Assembly: GCA_040384565.1 (NCBI GenBank) | Contig: JAZKJC010000008.1 | Span: forward strand, 18,049-82,048 | Length of the DNA stretch: 64,000 bases | Direction: 5' to 3' | From: Patescibacteria group bacterium | GTDB taxonomy: Bacteria; Patescibacteriota; Saccharimonadia; Saccharimonadales; JAZKJC01 | Shown: positions 56,982 through 64,000 of the stretch, piece after piece | Numbering within the stretch: position 1 is the first letter of the stretch | Layout of the letters: each line of letters opens with the position of its first letter | Notes under the pieces: generated by a model | What the model saw: only the letters and a program-made list of their open reading frames with translations | Database searches by the model: none | Told to the model about the DNA's origin: nothing | Translations under genes and position numbers: made by a program

Positions 56982-59900
56982 ATGGGAGTTCTTGCTATAG
57001 GCCGTAAACGGTTATTAATCGTTGCGGTTGTTTTGTTATGTTTATTCAGCATACCTAGTGTTTTTGGTGAGCATGGCGGGCCGCCAAAAGCGGACTTAGA
57101 CCAAGCACACAATGGTTCAGCTGCCTCTCCAGACTCGCCGGTTGACTGGGTAAACGGCAATGCAAATGAAAATAATTCTCACTACATTGAGGGGTATTCC
57201 ATTCCTTATCGTCTGATATTTTCAAACTTATCAGTTGGGGAACATACCGTAATTATAGAGTGGGACATCAAGCATAGCGGCGCGCATGCCATTGACTACA
57301 TTACGTCTTATGATCGCCTGGAGCCGCATGCTCCGTTTGGCCATGGTGCCGAGGGCATTAACCCAATTGAAGGAACTACCGCTACTGGAACACCTGATAC
57401 TTTTCCCATTCCGGTTCCAAGTAGTACTGGGAGTCCGGTTCCTGATCAGCCAACTACTGATTTTAATACTTTACAAGATAGTGAGCGCCAGATGACGCTT
57501 TGGAACGGCACAATTACCGACATGGAATATGTTGCAGAAGGCGATCTTAACGAAGAAAATTCATCAACCAGGATGTCAATTGCTTTCACTGTTACCGAAC
57601 CTCATGATGACGCTGTCTTAGCCTGGGGCGGTCATATTGGCACCGCGGAAGTTTGGGGAGATGGCAACTCGGCCGGTGGCATTAGTGGCTCGCCATACCA
57701 TACTCGCTTGATCTCCCTTGATGGGGTAGGCGGCAATCAAGACCGCTCGCTATCTGCTGCGGCTGTTATACCAGCACCACAAGGTTCAATTACACTTGAT
57801 AAGGTTACCGTTCCTTCGGCTGACGCCCAGAGTTTCGGATTTACAACTAGTGGTTTACCTGCTCCAACCAGTCCATCACTTACTGACGCGGCCACACCAA
57901 TTGTTTGGTCTGCACTTGAGGATGGCACGTACACCATTACAGAAAATGTTCCTGGTGATTGGGACTTAACAAGCAAGAACTGTACCGGAGCAACGCAGGG
58001 TACGACCATTACTCCTACAGCTTCTGGCCTTAATATAAGCCTAGCGAATGGCGATCAGTTGGTTTGTACTTTTACTAATACTAAACGCGCGCATATTATT
58101 GTCGATAAAGTTACGCAGCCCAGTGGTGACCAGCAAAGCTTTGGATTTACCACTACTGGTGCAGGTTACACTGGCTTCTCACTGACCGACTCGGCCGCTT
58201 CAAATAATCAGTCTGTTGTGCCAGGAAATTACACGGTCGCAGAAACAGCCGTTGATGGTTGGACTCAAGTCAGCGCAACATGTGATGGTCAGCAATCCCC
58301 AAATTCGATTACCGTAACGGCCGGCCAAACGGTTACTTGCACGTTTACAAATAGCAAACTTCCGAGATTGACGCTTGTAAAAACTGTTACGAATGATAAC
58401 GGTGGTACCTCGCTACCGGGCGCTTGGACGCTGACAGCAACAGGACCTACACCTTTGTCTGGCGTCACTGGTACTGCGGCGGTTACAAATGCTGCGGTTA
58501 GCGCAGGCGAGTACAACTTGGGCGAGACTGGTGAGCCAGCCGGCTACACAGCCGGTACATATTCATGTGCTAACAACAGTGGCAACCCAGTGGTAAGCAA
58601 TACTATTACACTAGCTCCTGGCGACAATGCCACTTGTACTATAAATAATAACGACAATGCCCCAGGTTTAACTCTTGTAAAAGTTGTGACTAATGACAAC
58701 GGTGGTGGTGCTACCGAGAATCAATGGACGTTAACCGCTACCGGTCCAACTGGTTTTAGCGGTGCGGGACCCTCAGTATCAAATGGTGCTTCATTTGATA
58801 CAGGCAGCTACGACTTATCTGAATCTGGACCTAGTAGCTACACGGCCAGCAGTTGGGTATGTGTCGGCGGAACGCAAGATGATAGTGACACCGTCAGAGT
58901 AAGTTTGGGACAATCTGCTATTTGTACAATTACAAACAACGATAATGCTCCATCCTTAACTCTCGTAAAAGTGGTGGTGAACGATAACGGCGGTACCGCG
59001 CTAGAAAATGCCTGGACGTTAACCGCTACCGGGCCAGCTGGTTTTAGTGGCGCTGGACCCTCAGTACCCAACGGCACTTCATTTGATGCCGGTTCGTATG
59101 ATCTAAGCGAAACTGGGCCAGCTGGTTATACAGCTAGTGATTGGGTGTGTGTTGGCGGTACACAAAATGACGGAGATACCGTAACAGTAGGCCTTGGCCA
59201 ATCAGCCACTTGTACTATTACAAACAATGACAATGTTCCAACATTGATTCTCAATAAAGTCGTCGTCAATGATAATGGCGGCAGCGCAACCGAGAGCCAG
59301 TGGACTCTGAATGCGCTAGCCGGTCCAACACCATTCTCGGGCCCGGGAGCAGTAGGTGACACAGATGTTACAAGCAATGCAGCCTTTGATGCTGGTACCT
59401 ATTCATTGACAGAAACAGGCGGGCCAGCCGGTTATACAGCGAGTGCTTGGACCTGCGTTGGCGGAAATCAAAATGGAGCCAACATTACTGTCGGCTTGGG
59501 ACAAACCGCCACCTGTACCATTACAAATAATGACCAACAAGCTTCTATAACTGTCGTTAAGGTAGTTACAAACGACAACGGCGGTTCAGCTTTGCCAAAT
59601 GACTTCAATCTTACCCTAGAAAGTAATCCTGTCACGTCCGGCATAACAGTACCCGTTAACCCCGGAACATACACAGCAGGTGAGACAAATCTGCCTGGCT
59701 ATACATTTGAGGGCTTCAGTGGTGATTGTGACCAAAATGGCGACACAACCGTTGCGTTGGGCGAGACCAAAACTTGCACGCTGACCAACAATGACCGACA
59801 GGCGTTCCTGATAGTGAACAAAACCGTCATCAATGACAATGGCGGTACCGCTGGACCAAACGACTTCTTGTTGACTGTTGATAATACTTCCGTCTTAGAT

Positions 59901-62474
59901 GAAGTTGCCGTCCCTGTTAACCCAGGTGTACATACAGCCGGGGAGACGCTACTGACTGGCTACACAGCTGGTCCGTGGGGAGGCGATTGTAATGTAAATG
60001 CAAGTGTGACTGTAGCGCTTGGTGAAACCAAGACATGTACCATTACGAATAATGACACCACAGGCACGCTTACGATTGTGAAAAATACCGTAGGTGGTGA
60101 CGGGCAATTTAACTTTACTGTTACCGGCCCGACTGCTTCAACACCGAGTATCACAACAGCTGCCGGTACTGGTTCAAACGGCCCAACCAATGTAAATGCC
60201 GGCACGTACTCAGTAGCAGAAACCATTCCTGATGGCTGGACGCTGAATTCTGGCACATGTAATGACGGTACTTCCGTGTTTGATGTGGCTACTGTCGCTA
60301 ACATCCAAGTTTCGCTAGGCGAAAACGTCATTTGTACATTCACTAATACCAAAAGGCCGAAACTCACCGTTGTGAAAGTAACGGTTCCTGCCGATGATGA
60401 TGGTAACTTCAATCTGCTCATTAACGGTACCGAACACGCCACAGATGTCGGCGATGGCGGTACAACCGGAGCGCAGTTTGCAGTCATCGGCGCAAATACG
60501 TTTGCAGAAGCAGCCGGAACAAACACTAACTTAGCTGACTATACAAGTGTCGTATCTGGTGATGGCTGCGGTGGTACAGCTACAGCTGGCACCATTACAC
60601 TGGCGGCTGGCGATGACAAAACCTGTACTATCACGAACACCCGAAAAGGTCGCATCATTGTAAATAAAGTAACCGATCCTGCTGGCGATCCACAGAGCTT
60701 CGACTTTACGGCCGGTGGTACTGGCTATAACAACTTTTCGTTAACTGACGCTGCAGCTCCAAACAACCAACAGGTCGTACCAGGCTTGTACACTGTGACC
60801 GAGACAGTACCGGCTGGTTGGGACCAAACTTCTGCAACTTGTGACAGCGATGAAGCACCCGGTAGCATAGACGTTGGACCTGGCGAAACAGTTACCTGCA
60901 CATTTACGAACCAGAAAGATGCCAATATCGTGGTCATCAAACAGACTATTCCGGCTGGTGACCTAACCCTATTTACCTTTGTGGCTAACTACGACAACGA
61001 TGGCTTCAGCCTAAGTGACGGGCAGTCTAATGATTCAGGCGACCTCAATCCAGGCGCCTACTCGGTCAGCGAAACTGTACCGGTTGGTTGGGTTCTAGAT
61101 AGTGCTACTTGCAGCAATCAACAAAACCCAGGCTCACTTACTCTGGCAGCTGGGCAAACTATCACCTGTACCTTTACGAATGGTAGGCTTCCAAAGCTCA
61201 CACTTGTAAAAAATGTTACGAATAATAATGGCGGTACGCTTGGCGTGAGTGATTTCCCGCTGTTCGTAGACGCACAATCAGTGACCAGTGGTCAAGCAAA
61301 TACCTTTGCACCAGGCAACTACACAGCTTCTGAAACAAACCATCCGGACTACACCGCCAGTGTCTGGGGCGGAGCGTGTGCAGCAACTGGAACAGTAACA
61401 TTAGCATTCGGTGATGATAAGACTTGTACTATCACCAACAACGACACCGCGCCTCAACTTCATTTACGCAAGGTTATAGTCAATGACAATGGTGGCGCAG
61501 CAACTGTTGCTGACTTCACACTGACCGCAAATGGTACTGGCTCTAACGACCTATCTGGTACAAGCCCTGTAGATTCCGGCCCTGGCTTAATTGCAGATAC
61601 ATTTGCCTTAAGTGAAACCGGTCCAGCCGGCTACACGGCATCAGCCTGGGTCTGCGTTGGCGGGACACAAAATGGCGCGAATATTACCGTTGGCATTAAC
61701 CAATCAGCTACTTGTACTATTACTAACAATGACATTGCGCCGCGGCTGATCGTCATCAAAACTGTCATCAACGACAACGGTGGCACACGAGTAGCTGGCG
61801 ACTTCACTATGCTTGTTACTGCTACCGAACCGTCTGATGATAACTTCCCAGGCAACGCGGCCGGCACAACCATTACGTTGGACGTTGGAGCCTACAGTGT
61901 TGACGAGCAAGACGCGCTTGGTTACATAAAAACGTTGGGTACAGACTGCGTGGGTACAATCGCCATCGGTGAAACTAAAACCTGTACCATCACCAACAAT
62001 GACCCCGTACCGCCAATTACCCGTACCATTGGCTTCTGGCAAACCCATCTGGCCCTTGCCACTCAGGTTTTTGAAGCCAATCAACAAAACAATTACTGGT
62101 TCATTTGTGGACCCCGCACTATTGAAACCATTGGCGAGCTAGAAGGTGGCCTCTGGGCAAATGTCGCCAAAACGACCACAAATGCCAAGCGCAGCAAGCT
62201 AAATCAAGCCCGCATGCAAATGATGCAGCAACTACTTGGCGCCATGCTCAACAAAGCAGCCTTTGAAACTGATGATGGTGACTTGATAGCCGCAGCCAAA
62301 ACAGCCTATTGCACGGAAGACACCGCCCAAATACTATCACTCGCCGGCCAACTTGACACCTTCAATAACAGTGGTGACGACACGCCACTACCCACAGGAG
62401 TAAATACCGCCTCAGCCACACCAAAGACCGCCAAAGACGTCGCCACAGAAGAAGCCTGGGACACATTACCTTAG
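56982..62474 (+). CDS. giant secreted surface protein (1830 aa) with at least 14 tandem ~95-105-aa Ig-like repeat domains and a unique ~170-aa C-terminal domain
   Basis: N-terminal signal and strong RBS (aaggaggg). Each repeat carries L(T/I)LVK.V.NDNGGTA...WTLTA.GP...YxLSETGPAGYTAS.WVCVGGTQ...LGQSATCTITNND, resembling Cna-B/DUF11/prealbumin-like adhesin repeats. Confidence 0.8.
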   Translation: MGVLAIGRKRLLIVAVVLLCLFSIPSVFGEHGGPPKADLDQAHNGSAASPDSPVDWVNGNANENNSHYIEGYSIPYRLIFSNLSVGEHTVIIEWDIKHSGAHAIDYITSYDRLEPHAPFGHGAEGINPIEGTTATGTPDTFPIPVPSSTGSPVPDQPTTDFNTLQDSERQMTLWNGTITDMEYVAEGDLNEENSSTRMSIAFTVTEPHDDAVLAWGGHIGTAEVWGDGNSAGGISGSPYHTRLISLDGVGGNQDRSLSAAAVIPAPQGSITLDKVTVPSADAQSFGFTTSGLPAPTSPSLTDAATPIVWSALEDGTYTITENVPGDWDLTSKNCTGATQGTTITPTASGLNISLANGDQLVCTFTNTKRAHIIVDKVTQPSGDQQSFGFTTTGAGYTGFSLTDSAASNNQSVVPGNYTVAETAVDGWTQVSATCDGQQSPNSITVTAGQTVTCTFTNSKLPRLTLVKTVTNDNGGTSLPGAWTLTATGPTPLSGVTGTAAVTNAAVSAGEYNLGETGEPAGYTAGTYSCANNSGNPVVSNTITLAPGDNATCTINNNDNAPGLTLVKVVTNDNGGGATENQWTLTATGPTGFSGAGPSVSNGASFDTGSYDLSESGPSSYTASSWVCVGGTQDDSDTVRVSLGQSAICTITNNDNAPSLTLVKVVVNDNGGTALENAWTLTATGPAGFSGAGPSVPNGTSFDAGSYDLSETGPAGYTASDWVCVGGTQNDGDTVTVGLGQSATCTITNNDNVPTLILNKVVVNDNGGSATESQWTLNALAGPTPFSGPGAVGDTDVTSNAAFDAGTYSLTETGGPAGYTASAWTCVGGNQNGANITVGLGQTATCTITNNDQQASITVVKVVTNDNGGSALPNDFNLTLESNPVTSGITVPVNPGTYTAGETNLPGYTFEGFSGDCDQNGDTTVALGETKTCTLTNNDRQAFLIVNKTVINDNGGTAGPNDFLLTVDNTSVLDEVAVPVNPGVHTAGETLLTGYTAGPWGGDCNVNASVTVALGETKTCTITNNDTTGTLTIVKNTVGGDGQFNFTVTGPTASTPSITTAAGTGSNGPTNVNAGTYSVAETIPDGWTLNSGTCNDGTSVFDVATVANIQVSLGENVICTFTNTKRPKLTVVKVTVPADDDGNFNLLINGTEHATDVGDGGTTGAQFAVIGANTFAEAAGTNTNLADYTSVVSGDGCGGTATAGTITLAAGDDKTCTITNTRKGRIIVNKVTDPAGDPQSFDFTAGGTGYNNFSLTDAAAPNNQQVVPGLYTVTETVPAGWDQTSATCDSDEAPGSIDVGPGETVTCTFTNQKDANIVVIKQTIPAGDLTLFTFVANYDNDGFSLSDGQSNDSGDLNPGAYSVSETVPVGWVLDSATCSNQQNPGSLTLAAGQTITCTFTNGRLPKLTLVKNVTNNNGGTLGVSDFPLFVDAQSVTSGQANTFAPGNYTASETNHPDYTASVWGGACAATGTVTLAFGDDKTCTITNNDTAPQLHLRKVIVNDNGGAATVADFTLTANGTGSNDLSGTSPVDSGPGLIADTFALSETGPAGYTASAWVCVGGTQNGANITVGINQSATCTITNNDIAPRLIVIKTVINDNGGTRVAGDFTMLVTATEPSDDNFPGNAAGTTITLDVGAYSVDEQDALGYIKTLGTDCVGTIAIGETKTCTITNNDPVPPITRTIGFWQTHLALATQVFEANQQNNYWFICGPRTIETIGELEGGLWANVAKTTTNAKRSKLNQARMQMMQQLLGAMLNKAAFETDDGDLIAAAKTAYCTEDTAQILSLAGQLDTFNNSGDDTPLPTGVNTASATPKTAKDVATEEAWDTLP

Positions 62475-62547
62475 TCATTGTTCGTAACTTCAAGACTATA
62501 ACAGCCTGAATCTCAAAACCCCACCAAATAAGCGCTATACTTAATTA

Positions 62548-63153
62548 ATGATTATTGACTTATCAGTGGCGATAAATTTGCAGACACCGGTATATCCTGG
62601 CGACCCAGCGACAAAGATCGAGCCTGCAGGAGTCTTGAGTAGGGATGGTTATTGTGATCACTATATTTCACCAGGAACTCACGTTGGAACGCACATTGAC
62701 GCCCCTATGCACATGATTGAGGGCGGTATATCTCTGGATCAAATACCTGCGGACAACTTCATAGGCCAAGGCCGCTATATTGGCGTTACTAACGGAAATT
62801 TAATGGCGATACAAGACGCACATATCGAGCATGGGGATATCGTATTGTTAGATACTGGCATGAATGAAAAGTATCATGATCCTGTTTATTTTTCAGACTA
62901 CCCGGCAATGTCCGAAGAAACAGCCCATTATCTTGTTAAGAAGAAAGTCAAGATGGTCGGGCTTGATGCCTGCAGCGTAGATAACATAGAGGGCTTTCCG
63001 ATCCACAAAATCCTGTTAGCAGGTAACGTTCTCATTATTGAGAATCTGACAAACTTACGCACTCTTGCGGGCAAACAGTTTAAAGTCTACGCCTTGCCAT
63101 TAAACCTAGAACTTGATGCCTCCCCGGCCAGAGTAATCGCAGAAACTACCTAG
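62548..63153 (+). CDS. cyclase-family protein (kynurenine formamidase / arylformamidase-like)
   Basis: PGTHVGTHIDAPMH is the HxGTHxDxPxH motif. Confidence 0.75.
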   Translation: MIIDLSVAINLQTPVYPGDPATKIEPAGVLSRDGYCDHYISPGTHVGTHIDAPMHMIEGGISLDQIPADNFIGQGRYIGVTNGNLMAIQDAHIEHGDIVLLDTGMNEKYHDPVYFSDYPAMSEETAHYLVKKKVKMVGLDACSVDNIEGFPIHKILLAGNVLIIENLTNLRTLAGKQFKVYALPLNLELDASPARVIAETT

Positions 63154-63569
63154 TCGACTACAATTACTGCGCCTAGCATAGTAGGGTGGGGATTGCAGTG
63201 GTATTGGAAAGTGCCGGTTTGATCAAAAACTTTCTCATAGGTGCCATTTTTGCCAATGGCTTCGCTATCTATAAAATTGCCTTCGTCACCTGTAATAGTG
63301 TGCTTGGCAGAATCTTTGTTTGTCCAGGTAACTTTGGTGTCTTTTTTGACTTTAATAATTTCTTGCTTAAACGCGTAGCCAGACAGGTCTACGCTAACCG
63401 CGCTGCTGGAATCAACCGCCATTGAGGATACAGCTTGCGCGACTTTTTCCTGGAACTGACCCTTTTCCTTAGAATTACGTATAAATAAAAAGCCAGCGCC
63501 CGTGATTACCACGAGCGCTAAGATTAGCAAGGCTTTTTTGTTCATAAACAACCTACTACTTTGGCGCAT
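63150..63569 (-). CDS. cupredoxin (plastocyanin/pseudoazurin-like type-1 copper protein) with an N-terminal anchor
   Basis: H...YHCNPHPTMLG supplies the His, Cys, His and Met ligands of a type 1 Cu site. Confidence 0.7.
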   Translation of the reverse strand: MRQSSRLFMNKKALLILALVVITGAGFLFIRNSKEKGQFQEKVAQAVSSMAVDSSSAVSVDLSGYAFKQEIIKVKKDTKVTWTNKDSAKHTITGDEGNFIDSEAIGKNGTYEKVFDQTGTFQYHCNPHPTMLGAVIVVD

Positions 63570-63679
63570 TTTGCCCGAAAATCTGCGCTTCGGTGCTCAT
63601 GTACCAATAAGTACACTACGCTCCAATGCTCGCCTATCGACCAAACTGCACTCAAACGAGTAGATTGTAACATCGATCT

Positions 63680-63994
63680 TTAAGCTTCGGTGGCTTTCAT
63701 ACCAAAACCAGCGTAAAGCGCAACGGCAGTAATGACTAGGTGAAGTAGGTTATCTGCCATGTTAACACCGATTAGGCCAAGCACTGTGTCGCCTTGGATA
63801 AATCCAACTACGGTTACAACGGCGTAAACGATACCGAAAACCTGGAAGTAGGTTCGAGCACCCTTAGGACCACTTGCAGCCAGTGCAAAGGCAGCAACAC
63901 CAGATGCAATGTGAATGATATTGTGCAAAGTGCTGACATCAAATATTCCGAGCAGTTTTCCGTCACTGGTTACACCTGGCACAAAACCAAGCAC
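63680..63994 (-). CDS. small membrane protein (DUF4383-like). The N-terminus may extend beyond the window end
   Basis: Hydrophobic ORF. The window ends 6 nt upstream of the listed Met. Confidence 0.4.
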   Translation of the reverse strand: MLGFVPGVTSDGKLLGIFDVSTLHNIIHIASGVAAFALAASGPKGARTYFQVFGIVYAVVTVVGFIQGDTVLGLIGVNMADNLLHLVITAVALYAGFGMKATEA

Positions 63995-64000
63995 GCCAAT

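Noticed and set aside
57737-62087. multiple 60-190-aa minus-strand ORFs (e.g. 59960..60526)
   Set aside because: All lie inside the 1830-aa repeat-protein gene. They are antisense artefacts of a Thr/Gly/Val-rich repetitive coding sequence.

Overview
This is a bacterial window at roughly 45% GC. Gene content is reduced and there are many membrane or secreted hypothetical proteins, a pilin-like protein and a giant tandem-repeat surface protein. That would fit a CPR/Patescibacteria-like organism, but this is a low-confidence guess.

Core housekeeping content:
- An F-type ATP synthase operon runs on the minus strand, 1..5783: atpI-like, atpB, atpE, atpF, atpH, atpA, then two unusual inserted ORFs, then atpG. 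The 3' end of atpG runs off the window.
- smpB is followed by a promoter, tRNA-Asn(GUU) and a terminator.
- Two glycosyltransferases (GT4, GT2).
- A fusion of a polysaccharide deacetylase with a processive GT2.
- A sensor histidine kinase.

Accessory content:
- A putative integrative element sits near tRNA-Asn. It carries a large serine recombinase whose last codons are a tRNA 3'-end-like sequence, a ParE-like toxin/antitoxin pair, a metallophosphoesterase, a SEC-C protein, a RecA-family replication ATPase and a truncated second recombinase.
- Immediately to its right is a co-directional cluster. It holds a mitochondrial-type monomeric PheRS-like synthetase (catalytic core plus an FDX-ACB anticodon-binding domain split by a frameshift), a YbaK/ProX-like aminoacyl-tRNA deacylase, a threonine-aldolase-family PLP enzyme, a D-amino-acid-oxidase-like flavoenzyme and an Ldh_2-family ketimine-reductase-like dehydrogenase.
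- A second tight operon, 49583..53003, holds divergent nucleotide-metabolism folds: a short thymidylate-synthase-like protein, a GTP cyclohydrolase II-like fusion, an OMP-decarboxylase-like protein and a guanylate-kinase-like protein.

Other oddities:
- Recurring heptanucleotide tandem repeats, one inside the 5' end of a CDS.
- Two 36-40 bp perfect palindromes flanking a PaaX/Cas2-fold-like gene, with compensatory changes between them.
- A three-copy ~45 bp intergenic repeat family.

No rRNA and no CRISPR array were seen.
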